Part shown: in pieces, positions 8,669 through 17,345 of the stretch
Layout: the number at the start of each line of letters is the position of its first letter
How positions within the stretch are numbered: the stretch's first letter is position 1
Source of the DNA: Planctomycetota bacterium
Lineage (GTDB): Bacteria > Planctomycetota > SZUA-567 > H5-PLA8
Reading direction: 5' to 3'
Length of the DNA stretch: 23,115 nucleotides
Assembly: GCA_045863855.1 (NCBI GenBank)
Contig: BTVV01000102.1
Location: forward strand, 1 to 23,115
Notes under the pieces: model-generated
Told to the model about the DNA's origin: nothing
Databases searched by the model: none
What the model saw: the letters and a program-made list of their open reading frames with translations, nothing else
Translations under genes and position numbers: made by a program

Positions 8669-9709
8669 TTACCGAATGCGTCCAGCCCCTCCATTCGAGT
8701 CGTTCGGCCGGGCCGCCGCATAGAATCGCGCCAGCGCTTCGGCCACATCGGGAAAGCGGTCCTGCGCGATCCCGGTCAGCTCGACCGGACTCAACGCCGC
8801 TTCCGGCGCACCCCGATGTTCCGCCGTGCCATGCGGAGCCTCCGGCTTTTCGGAACCTTCCTGAGCCACGCTGCCAGCATGGGGCGGCGGCGCCGCTTCC
8901 TTCGGGTCGCGCCCCTGTGGACGGCGCAACTGCGCCAGCACTTCACGCACCCGATCGTCCAACTCGGCCTCCGAAAGCCCCGCCACCTTCGCTTCCAGTT
9001 CGGCCAGCAACTCGGCCTTCAGAAACTCCGGCGCCTGCTCGTCGCCTGCCGTCAGCCGGGCTTTGAAAAGCTCCTCAGGGCTGAGCGGATTGATCTTGAA
9101 CGCGCGGTTTTGGGGCAGCGCCGCAAGCGGCTGCAGCGGACCGGCTTGCGCGCCCGCTTCGCGCGGGCTCCCTTCGGCCGTGGCCGGCCGCGTGTGCCCT
9201 GCGTTCTCGCGCCCGCTCTGCGCCGGCATTAATAGCGCGCAGCCCAAAGCCAGCAGCCCCAGCCAGAGCGCCCGCGTCCACGCCGGCAGGCGCAACGGCA
9301 AGAGCCGCGCCGGATGCAACCCCGCGGCGGCGCGCAGCGTCGCGTTGCGCTGAGCGGCCTGGAAGCCTTGCGCCAGCGGATCGCCCGAAGGCTGCCCGCG
9401 GCGGTCCAGCCAGGTGGTCAGATGTTCGGCAAGGCCCGCCCGCGTATCCAGCAGCAGCGCCACGCGCAACGGCGCCGGCCGCGAACGCCAAAAGCAGACC
9501 CCCGCGCAGAGCGCCACGCCTGCCGCCGTCCACGGCAGCGCGGCCATCACCGTACCGCTCCACGCCGGCTGCACCCGCGCCGCCACTACCGCCAGCGCGC
9601 TCGCCCCCAGCGCCAAACCGACCCCCGCGCACGCGCCGTACAGCGCCGCCGAAGCGCGTACGCGCCGCGCGCCACGGTCCAGCAGCCGTTCGAGATCCAG
9701 CTCAGTCAT
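8669..9709 (-). CDS. Hypothetical membrane protein (about 3 TM segments, low-complexity C-terminus)
   Basis: Likely start MTELDLERLLDRGARRVR at 9709, with GGAG upstream. Hydrophobic stretches GACAGVGLALGASALAVVA, ALPWTAAGVALCAGVCFW and ALWLGLLALGCALLMP. Contains an LDTRAGLAEHLTT segment. Confidence 0.7.
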   Translation of the reverse strand: MTELDLERLLDRGARRVRASAALYGACAGVGLALGASALAVVAARVQPAWSGTVMAALPWTAAGVALCAGVCFWRSRPAPLRVALLLDTRAGLAEHLTTWLDRRGQPSGDPLAQGFQAAQRNATLRAAAGLHPARLLPLRLPAWTRALWLGLLALGCALLMPAQSGRENAGHTRPATAEGSPREAGAQAGPLQPLAALPQNRAFKINPLSPEELFKARLTAGDEQAPEFLKAELLAELEAKVAGLSEAELDDRVREVLAQLRRPQGRDPKEAAPPPHAGSVAQEGSEKPEAPHGTAEHRGAPEAALSPVELTGIAQDRFPDVAEALARFYAAARPNDSNGGAGRIR

Positions 9710-9931
9710 TCGATGAAGTGCTCCCACAGGCTCGATTGGCAAGCCAAAGGCCAAAGGGGTTCAATCCAGTGATTCGCTAACGTATTGCTAAAACAGAACT
9801 TGCATACCAAAACCGAGACCGCTCCAGACCCCGCCGCGCGCGGTGTCCAGATTCTTCACAGCGTTAGTACAAACCATGTACAGGGATTGAGCCTAACTGA
9901 CTGCACCGGCAAGGATTTAGACCGTCCTCGG

Positions 9932-10795
9932 TTACTCGTGCCGGGAATTTTCGGGAGGCTGCGGAACCGGCCAAGACTGGAGCGGCTTACGGGGTGAGGG
10001 ACTCGGTGCTTCGGTCCGTGCACGCAGCGCGCGAGGCAGGTGGACCTCACCGTCTTGGAAGCCCTGCCAAAGGGCTTCCGCCCGCGCGGCCTCTTGCTCG
10101 GGGCTGCGGTACTCGCGCGGAATTTCGCCGATCACTACGTTGATCTCTTCCGGCAGCGTACTCTCGCCGCGCAGCACCTTTAAGCGCTTGGGATCGCCAG
10201 GAGCCATGCGCTTCCAAATGCTCATTACGTCGTCGTATGTCAGCCCGGCTTCGAAGGCCCGCCCGTCGATCGCGACAATCCGGTCGCCGTCCTTCAATCC
10301 GCCATGAGCCGCGGCCGTATCGGGCAGCACGCGCAGCACCTGAATCCCCGTCTGCGGCGCGGCCATCTCCCACTGAATGCCCAGGAAGCCGCGGCCGATC
10401 CGCCATTCCGCCAGTTCGCGCAGCACGCGAGCCAGGAAAACGCTGTGTGCGATCTCCTGGAGCCGCTGCCGCACGCCCGCGTCGGGCTGCTCCTTCGCCA
10501 GAGCCAGCAAATCGGGCAGATGCCGGCCGGGCAGCCGTTCCAGCGCTACGCGCGCCTGCTCGCGAACCGCAAAGCGCTCGTCTGCCAGATCGCCGGCCGT
10601 CTGGCGCAGCCGTTCGAGCGTCCAGGCGTCGGCTTCGGGTTCGAGCGCGGGAAGGGTGGGCTGGCGGTCTTCGGGGGCCGCAACTTGCGGTTTGGCGCCG
10701 TCAAACGGAGCGGCTTCGATCGCCTGCGCCGGGGACAGGATGCAGGCCGCTAAAGCGCACGCGACCGCACTTCGCCACATGAAAGAGAACGGCAT
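9932..10795 (-). CDS. Exported PDZ-domain protein with an N-terminal helical (HEAT-like) segment
   Basis: Signal-peptide-like N-terminus, a LADERFAVREQARVALERL helical motif, and PDZ hallmarks RGFLGIQW and VLPDTAAAHGGLKDGDRIVAIDG. No protease domain is visible. Start uncertain (10801 TTG, 10795 or 10780). Confidence 0.8.
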   Translation of the reverse strand: MPFSFMWRSAVACALAACILSPAQAIEAAPFDGAKPQVAAPEDRQPTLPALEPEADAWTLERLRQTAGDLADERFAVREQARVALERLPGRHLPDLLALAKEQPDAGVRQRLQEIAHSVFLARVLRELAEWRIGRGFLGIQWEMAAPQTGIQVLRVLPDTAAAHGGLKDGDRIVAIDGRAFEAGLTYDDVMSIWKRMAPGDPKRLKVLRGESTLPEEINVVIGEIPREYRSPEQEAARAEALWQGFQDGEVHLPRALRARTEAPSPSPRKPLQSWPVPQPPENSRHE

Positions 10796-10853
10796 GCGCA
10801 ATCCGCCCCCCGGCGGGCTTCGGTCGCGGTGGAAAGAGCAATAGCGCCAGCGC

Positions 10854-11984
10854 TTACTCCGCGCTGACTACGCCGCCTTCGACCTTCAGCGCCGGAGGCG
10901 CCTGATCGCCGGCCAGCTTGATCGTCTTAGTCTCGATCTTCGGATCGGTGCTCGCGAAATCGACCTGGTACAGCCCCGCGTCGCCCTTCCAGTGCTTGGC
11001 CAGGATCGCCACCTTCTTGGGATTCACCTGCGCCACCTGCACCTTGCTGAACGGATCGACCGTGCAGAGGCGGTGCCACTCCCACTTCTCCAGCCCGCGG
11101 TTCATCACCTTCTGGACGTAGTAGACTTCGCGGTAGGCCGCGTTCGTCTGCAATTCGTAGAACATGTACTCGAATGCGGGATGCCCGCGCTCGTAATCTT
11201 CCCAGAAATCCTGGATCCGGTCGATCTTGCGCGTCACGATCTTGTACGGCAGCACGCGGAAGCGTTCTTCGTTCGACTCCACCGTCTTCGACTCGCTCTG
11301 CGACTGCCCGATCCCGCGCACGACCGCTTTGATCGTATACTCGCCCGGCTCGTCGATGCGGTACCACTGCCCGGCCGGGAGGATGAACTCCGGCGACGTT
11401 GCGCCCGCAGCCAGGTACGCCGTCGGCACGTAATCCGCGGGCGCCGTGTGCTGCACCAGCATGTCCCGCGCCGCGCGTTTCGGCTTCGCCGCCCCGTCGC
11501 CCTGCGCTTCACCTTCCGGAACCTTCTTGATCACGAACTCCACCAGATCGTGCGGCCCCAGCGCCGGGGGCACGTACGCGATACTCATGCTGTTCTTGTT
11601 CACCGGCCGCTGTTCGAGCGTGCGTTGCTTTTCCTTCCCCTTCATGAACTCTTCGAGTTTGGCGGGAAACTCTGCGGCCTTGTCCTTATCCTTCAGGCCT
11701 TCCTTCGCGATCTCTTCGATCTTCTTCGTGTCGTCCGTCGTCAGGTGCTCGACGTCGCGGTACGTCACCGTCTCGTTTTCCAGCCGCTCCGTCTGCGTCT
11801 TGTTGATCAGCGTCAGCTTGACCACCAGATCCGCCACGGGATCGGTGGCGCCCTTCATATATTGAGCGCCGTTCGGCAGCTCGATCTTGCACTCCACGAA
11901 ATCCTTGCCGAAGTCCTGGGCGCGCGCGACGAAGCCCAGACTCGCCAAGCTCAATACTGCCCACAGCCAACCGTTCGGGCGCAT
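10854..11984 (-). CDS. Hypothetical secreted protein
   Basis: Signal peptide MRPNGWLWAVLSLASLGFVARA-QD, AAGGGAG RBS and strong GC3 codon bias. No family recognised. Confidence 0.8.
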   Translation of the reverse strand: MRPNGWLWAVLSLASLGFVARAQDFGKDFVECKIELPNGAQYMKGATDPVADLVVKLTLINKTQTERLENETVTYRDVEHLTTDDTKKIEEIAKEGLKDKDKAAEFPAKLEEFMKGKEKQRTLEQRPVNKNSMSIAYVPPALGPHDLVEFVIKKVPEGEAQGDGAAKPKRAARDMLVQHTAPADYVPTAYLAAGATSPEFILPAGQWYRIDEPGEYTIKAVVRGIGQSQSESKTVESNEERFRVLPYKIVTRKIDRIQDFWEDYERGHPAFEYMFYELQTNAAYREVYYVQKVMNRGLEKWEWHRLCTVDPFSKVQVAQVNPKKVAILAKHWKGDAGLYQVDFASTDPKIETKTIKLAGDQAPPALKVEGGVVSAE

Positions 11985-12063
11985 GGAGGCGGCTCCCTTA
12001 TCTGCGTTTCAGGGGCGCAACCGCCGCCCAACCGAAACAAGTGCTTATGTTGAAAGCAGATAA

Positions 12064-12092
12064 CGAATATCCGCTGCGCGCGTTTTCGTCAA
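12064..12092 (-). promoter_or_regulatory. Candidate sigma70 promoter for the gene starting at 11984
   Basis: Minus strand reads TTGACG-17 nt-TATTCG. The -35 is good and the -10 is weak. Confidence 0.35.
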
Positions 12093-12210
12093 GCCCACGG
12101 TCGGAATCGAGCGGGCCCCATGGGGCCAGGAAAGTGCGGAGCGGCGGGCGCCACCGCACCCCGGACTGGACCTCTGGCTCCCGGCAGGGCCTCCGGGATA
12201 CATCCGGCCC

Positions 12211-15144
12211 TTATTCGCCCCAGGCCGCCACCGTCCCGTCGTACAGCGTCACGAAGACCCGGCCTCCCACCAGCGCCAGCCCTTCGTGTGCCAGAGGCGC
12301 CGCGAGCGCCGCCTCGGCCACGAGCTTCCCGTCGGCCAGGTTCCAGACCGCCACGAACCCCGCACTCGGCTTCGCGGCGGTCGCTCGCTGCCGCCCGGCC
12401 AGGATCGCCCCGTCGGCGGCCAGGGCCAGCGCTTCGGCTTCCCGAGCCCGTGCGTTGTAGTTCGTCTTCCAGCGCGCTTGCGCGCCCGCGAGCGCGAATG
12501 CGCCATCCAGCGTCACCGCCGTCTCCGCGTTCCAGGCCATCGCATCGACCGCCTTCTCACCCAAGTTGAAGGCGCTTCCCGCGCGGCGGTTACGAATCCG
12601 CGTCCAGGTTCCGTCCACCATCGGGCCGGTGATTCTTCCCGCGCCGCCTTTGTACTTCTCCCGGTCATCCAATTCGGTGGGCTGCGTGGTCGCGCCCGTC
12701 TTCGGATCGAAGCGCCACGTGTGCCAAGCCAGCGCATCGTCGCGCCAGGAAAGCGCGTCGTTCAAGCGCAGCGCCCCCTTGTTCAGCGCGCGCGCCCAGA
12801 TCGTCTCGCCCGTCTCGAGCTTGAACGCGGCCAGCGCCACGCCGCCGTCGGTCTCGCTGCTGCGCCCCGCGCTCGCGTACGCCACACCGTCGCGCACCAG
12901 CACCGACCCCACCGCCGGCCACGCCGACTCGATCAGCCCGTACGCCACACGCCGCGCTTCGGCCGGAGCGATCCGCGCCCGCCACACCAGCCTCCCATCG
13001 GCCGCGCGCAGCGCGTACACCCAGCCGTCGTGGCAGCCCAGCAGGCACAGCCCGCGGTGCACCGTCGGAGGCGAATCGATCCGCGCGCCGAACGACACGC
13101 TCCAGCGCGGTTCGCCCGACTGCGCATCCAGCGCGTGCAACCGGCCATGATCGATCGCCGCGACGAAGACCATTCCGCCCGCCGCCACCGGCGCGCTCAG
13201 GCTCGCGCCGAGCCGCGCTTCCCACGCGCCGTCCAGCGGACTCTCCCCCGGCGGCTCGCACAACCGCGTGGACCATATTCGATTCAGCGCCTTCGGCGCC
13301 GCCGCCTGGCTCGCGGCCGAGCGCGCGGCGTTACCGCGAAACGTCGGCCATTCCGCGTCCGAACCTTCGGCCTCCAGCGCTTCTCCGAAAGCCGGCCCGC
13401 GCTCCAGCGGACGCGGCGCGGCGAACGCTTCGGCATCGGCCACGATCGTGCGCGAACCGAAGGCATGGAAACCGTAGATCGCCGCCGGGTAGCACTTGCA
13501 GTTGTTCTGAGCGTTGTAGAGCTGCCCGTTGGCCGGAACCATCCCTTCGACGCACGAGCCCCGGATGCTCGGATACCCGAACGCAGGCGCTTTTTCGCCC
13601 TTCGCCACTTTGGCCGTCAGATCCTTCGCGCCCGTGCCGGAAAGCAGGAAATCGCCCGCCAGCTTGGACGGTGAACAATGATGCCCGCCCAGATAGCCCC
13701 CGCGCGAACTGCCTTTCGCTTCGCCCGTATTCAGATCGATCGCCTTTCCGCCCGCCCAGACCAGCCCGTCCACCACCGGCGACCAGCCCGACGACTTCTC
13801 GCGGTACACCACCGCGCCGTCCTTCTGTCCCACCAGAATCACTTCGCGCGCTTTGGGATTGGAAAGCACCACGCCGCCCGGAGCGGCGCTCGACAATTCC
13901 AGATCCGCCCCGGCCTTCAGATCCTCGGGCGATACTTTCCAACGCTCTTTGCCGCTGGCGAGTTCCACCGCCATCAGGTGCTTGACCTTGGCCGGCTTTC
14001 CTTCCACCACGGTTAGATAGACGTTCGCGTCACCCGCCACGATCCGCAGGGCGGGGAAGGGGAGCTTCCAGAGCGGCGCGCCGGTCTTGGCGTCGAAGGC
14101 TTCGACCGTCCCGGCCTCGGCTTGCGGGATGCGCAGCCACGACTGCCCTTCGCCGATCTTCAGCATCTCCTCGGTCCAGCACGCCGCCACCAGCACCCCG
14201 TCCGCGACCAGCAGCTTCGCCGGCGGATGCTCCGTCGCGCAGGTCTGGATCGGTTTCCCCGTCGCCGCATCCAGAATGGCGAGCTTCCCGTCGCGGTTGA
14301 CGTACACGCGCTCTTCGTCGCAGCACAACGGTCCCGCGTTGAGCCACAGGATGCCCGTCCCTTCGTACGTGCCGCCGCAGTCGGCCTTCCAGAGCGGCAA
14401 TCCGTTGAACGCGTCGCGCGCGGAAAGAAAGAGTTTCCCTTTGCCGCCCGAGCCCACGTTTTCGATCTCGTTGATCCCGTACGCAAAGAGGGTGCGGCGG
14501 TTGGCCACCCACGCCCGCGTACCCGCCACGCTGCTGGCGCAGACGGGAATCCCATCCAGCCAGCGCAAACTCACCGGAAACGTGAGCGCGCGGTCGGTCG
14601 AAACCAGATTTCCGTCGGGCCCGTGGTTCGGATGCGTCCAGACGTCCATCGTTTCGGGCCGCGGCTTGGTGCTGTACGTCCACGCGCCGCCGCGGCGCAC
14701 GGCCAGCGCCCCGCCCGGAGCCAGCACACGCAGGCACTCCGCCGCCGTCACGCCCTGCCGCGCCAGTTCCGCTTCGTCTTCGACTACCACGAGGTTGGCC
14801 AAAGAGTCGTAATAGGGAAGCGCCGCGCCCACGCCGCGTTCGATCATCGCGCGGCCGTGCATCTTCCGCGCATCGATGCTCGCCCGCGCCCGCGCCACGC
14901 TCGCCTCGTCCCACGCCAGCCCGTGCACCAACAGCGCGCTCTGCGCCGCCAACTCGGCGCTCATGCCCGGCGTCTCCGCCCGCCCGCAGCCCACGTGCAA
15001 GCACAACCCCGCACGTACCTTCGTGCCCTCAAGCAGTTCCTTCGCCGCCGCGTCCTCGCCGGCCACCGAATGCCCTGCCACGAACACTCCGCAGCACACG
15101 AAAAGCGCCACCCAGCGCCTATGAAATGTACCAAGGCAGACCAT
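12211..15144 (-). CDS. PQQ-binding-like (BamB-type) beta-propeller repeat protein with an N-terminal SAM-methyltransferase-like domain
   Basis: Start placed at ATG 15144 (GAGGAG RBS, 6 nt spacing), followed by a signal-like segment. Rossmann-like GLCLHVGCG...LPYYDSLANLVV...RVLAPGG. Many propeller repeats (ARDAFNGLPLW, AFDAKTGAPLW, VELASGKERW, ALDAQSGEPRW, ALRAADGRLVW) and WPTFRGNAARS. Confidence 0.88.
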   Translation of the reverse strand: MVCLGTFHRRWVALFVCCGVFVAGHSVAGEDAAAKELLEGTKVRAGLCLHVGCGRAETPGMSAELAAQSALLVHGLAWDEASVARARASIDARKMHGRAMIERGVGAALPYYDSLANLVVVEDEAELARQGVTAAECLRVLAPGGALAVRRGGAWTYSTKPRPETMDVWTHPNHGPDGNLVSTDRALTFPVSLRWLDGIPVCASSVAGTRAWVANRRTLFAYGINEIENVGSGGKGKLFLSARDAFNGLPLWKADCGGTYEGTGILWLNAGPLCCDEERVYVNRDGKLAILDAATGKPIQTCATEHPPAKLLVADGVLVAACWTEEMLKIGEGQSWLRIPQAEAGTVEAFDAKTGAPLWKLPFPALRIVAGDANVYLTVVEGKPAKVKHLMAVELASGKERWKVSPEDLKAGADLELSSAAPGGVVLSNPKAREVILVGQKDGAVVYREKSSGWSPVVDGLVWAGGKAIDLNTGEAKGSSRGGYLGGHHCSPSKLAGDFLLSGTGAKDLTAKVAKGEKAPAFGYPSIRGSCVEGMVPANGQLYNAQNNCKCYPAAIYGFHAFGSRTIVADAEAFAAPRPLERGPAFGEALEAEGSDAEWPTFRGNAARSAASQAAAPKALNRIWSTRLCEPPGESPLDGAWEARLGASLSAPVAAGGMVFVAAIDHGRLHALDAQSGEPRWSVSFGARIDSPPTVHRGLCLLGCHDGWVYALRAADGRLVWRARIAPAEARRVAYGLIESAWPAVGSVLVRDGVAYASAGRSSETDGGVALAAFKLETGETIWARALNKGALRLNDALSWRDDALAWHTWRFDPKTGATTQPTELDDREKYKGGAGRITGPMVDGTWTRIRNRRAGSAFNLGEKAVDAMAWNAETAVTLDGAFALAGAQARWKTNYNARAREAEALALAADGAILAGRQRATAAKPSAGFVAVWNLADGKLVAEAALAAPLAHEGLALVGGRVFVTLYDGTVAAWGE

Positions 15145-15464
15145 GGAGGGCTCCTCAAGCTGTCGCAGGAATTTCATACAACCTTATTTATCCACGAGGG
15201 TTGGGTGAATCACCTCAAGCCGTCATTTTATCCGCGAACTGCATACATGCACATATACACCTGTCCCGGCCCGCGAACATCCAAGAACCGTCCGATTCCT
15301 CGCGCCCCCGTCGCGAATGTTGCTGTGCCCGTAGGTATCGCCCGCGTCCCGCCCGCGGGTCTTACGAATGCCGTTTGCTCCACCGCTTGCACCAGTGCCC
15401 ACGCTGCCGCGAAATCCAGACAGCTCAGCATTGCCAAGTGCGCCGGAGCGCCGAAAATGAGCGC

Positions 15465-17288
15465 ATGAGTGTGAACGAGGCGTACCTGGTCGTGCGCAGC
15501 GATTCCGACGCGGCGGTGGACGAAGCCGTCGCCGGCGAATTACAGCGCTGGGTACGCGAAGTCTGCCCGCAGCTCTCGCCTCAGTTCGATCATCCCGCCG
15601 ATTGGGGCGCCGACGCCAACTGGCGCCGCCAGTACCTGCACCTCCCGGGGAGCGGCGGCTGGTCGCTCCTCATCGACACCGCGCGCCAGCACAGCGATCC
15701 GGAACTCGCCCGCGCGCTCTCGCGCCGCCTCAAGACCACCGTCGTCTGGACGCTGGTCCTGGGCAGTTGCTACCACTGGCGCTACCGCATCTACGACAAC
15801 GGGCGCGAAGTCCGCGCCCTCGTCTCGCCCGAAGACCTGCCCGAATTACAGGCGCTGCTGGGTCACGGCGACGAACGCCGCGGCGCCGACGAGTCATCGG
15901 CCAGCGTCGCCTTCCGCGGCCCGATGCCACGCTACGAAGACGTCGAAGCCGCTCTCGATCTCTTCCTCGAACGCCTCGGCGTGCCCAAAGAGCTTCGCCT
16001 CGTCACCCGCGACCGCTGCGCGCCGGCCGACGCCGCCCACGCCGGACGCGGTTCGCTCCTCTCCGTCGAAGGGCTTCGCGCCGGCATCCCCGTCGTTAAA
16101 GTCCGCGCCCAGGCGCTCGCCCCGCCGCCGGCCGAACCGGCCGTGCCCGTCAGCTTCGACGGCGTGGCGCGCAACGAACAGGGCGTGCGCTACTTCCTCG
16201 AACGCCGCCGCATCTTCGGAATCCCCAGTCCCGCCGACCTCGAACGCCTCCTCGAACTCGAACGCGAGATTCGCAACCGCTACGAGTATCCGTTCCTGGA
16301 GATTCCCGACGGCGCCGCGCCGGAGATCCGCTTCCACTACCGCCACGAAGATCCCGGCGGCGATCCGCTCGACGCGCGCCTCAAGGCCCGCCGCGCGGCC
16401 TACGAACGCGCGCGCCCCACCCAGCGCGCTTTTCTGCGTCTGGCTCTGCGCGTCCTGGCCAAGCGCTACCCGCGCCTGCGCATCGGCGCGCGCGTTCGCT
16501 TCGGTTTCCAGGTCTTTCCCGCGGCGGCGCCCGTGCCCGAAAACTCGCAAGGTCTCGCCAGGCTGACCCCCGACGGCGCCGGAATCGAAAATGCCGCGCC
16601 CGGCGTAAGCTGGCTCATTCGCCTCGATCACGCTTACGAAGAATACCGCCAGCGCCCCGGCGACCTCAGCCCCGCCGCTTTCCTCGCGCGCTTTTTCGAG
16701 AAGATTTTCCACTCGCTGCAAGGCGCCCCGCCGGCCAACTGGGCGGTCGCGCGCAAGCGCCTCCTGCCGCGCCTGCGCCTCGACGCGCAGGCGCCGTCCG
16801 GCGAACCGGCCGAAGCGCTGGGCGAGGACGATCTTCCGCTGCGCGCCGTCGCCCCCGGACTCGCCGTGGGGCTCGTCTACGAAAGCCCCCAAGGACTCGT
16901 CCATGTTCACGCCGGATTGCTGCGCGCCTGGAACGTCGACTGGGACGACGCGTACGCGCTGGCGTTGACCAACCTGGAAGCGCGCACCCCCGCCCACCTC
17001 GACGGCGCGCGCATGCAGGCCCTGCGCGGCGAAGACGGCGGGCGCGTCTGCACGCTCGCCTACGACGATCCGCACACCGCCGCGCGCATCCTTCTGCCCG
17101 GCTTTCGCAAAGCGCTCCTCGAACGCCTCGGCGATACCGCGGCACTTCTCAGCCTCGCCGAACGCGATCTCCTCGCCCTGGCCGCCGAAAGCGATCTCTT
17201 CGGCGTCGAAGCCTTGGCTCGCAACGCGCCGGCGCTCTACCGCCTCAGCCCCGAGAATGTGTCTGGCCACACCGGGTGGACAAGGTAG
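15465..17288 (+). CDS. Hypothetical multidomain protein with a DUF1444-like C-terminal half
   Basis: Coding-like bias begins at MSVNEAYLVV (ATG 15465). The C-terminal region RLDHAYEEYRQRP...RLLPRLR...GLAVGLVYESP...LRAWNVDWDDAYALALTNL...AARILLP resembles DUF1444-like proteins. Confidence 0.65.
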   Translation: MSVNEAYLVVRSDSDAAVDEAVAGELQRWVREVCPQLSPQFDHPADWGADANWRRQYLHLPGSGGWSLLIDTARQHSDPELARALSRRLKTTVVWTLVLGSCYHWRYRIYDNGREVRALVSPEDLPELQALLGHGDERRGADESSASVAFRGPMPRYEDVEAALDLFLERLGVPKELRLVTRDRCAPADAAHAGRGSLLSVEGLRAGIPVVKVRAQALAPPPAEPAVPVSFDGVARNEQGVRYFLERRRIFGIPSPADLERLLELEREIRNRYEYPFLEIPDGAAPEIRFHYRHEDPGGDPLDARLKARRAAYERARPTQRAFLRLALRVLAKRYPRLRIGARVRFGFQVFPAAAPVPENSQGLARLTPDGAGIENAAPGVSWLIRLDHAYEEYRQRPGDLSPAAFLARFFEKIFHSLQGAPPANWAVARKRLLPRLRLDAQAPSGEPAEALGEDDLPLRAVAPGLAVGLVYESPQGLVHVHAGLLRAWNVDWDDAYALALTNLEARTPAHLDGARMQALRGEDGGRVCTLAYDDPHTAARILLPGFRKALLERLGDTAALLSLAERDLLALAAESDLFGVEALARNAPALYRLSPENVSGHTGWTR

Positions 17289-17345
17289 GCTCGTCCGCGT
17301 TCGAGCGGTTTAGAAGCGGTCCCTTGAAGCGAGCTGCGTAGCATT

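Noticed and set aside
15188..15236. TTATCCACG / TTATCCGCG as DnaA boxes (possible oriC)
   Set aside because: Only two imperfect boxes, no AT-rich unwinding element and no dnaA/dnaN context.
15126..15464. N-terminal 113-codon extension of the 720-aa ORF
   Set aside because: It overlaps the divergent gene start and promoter region, and has non-coding-like composition.
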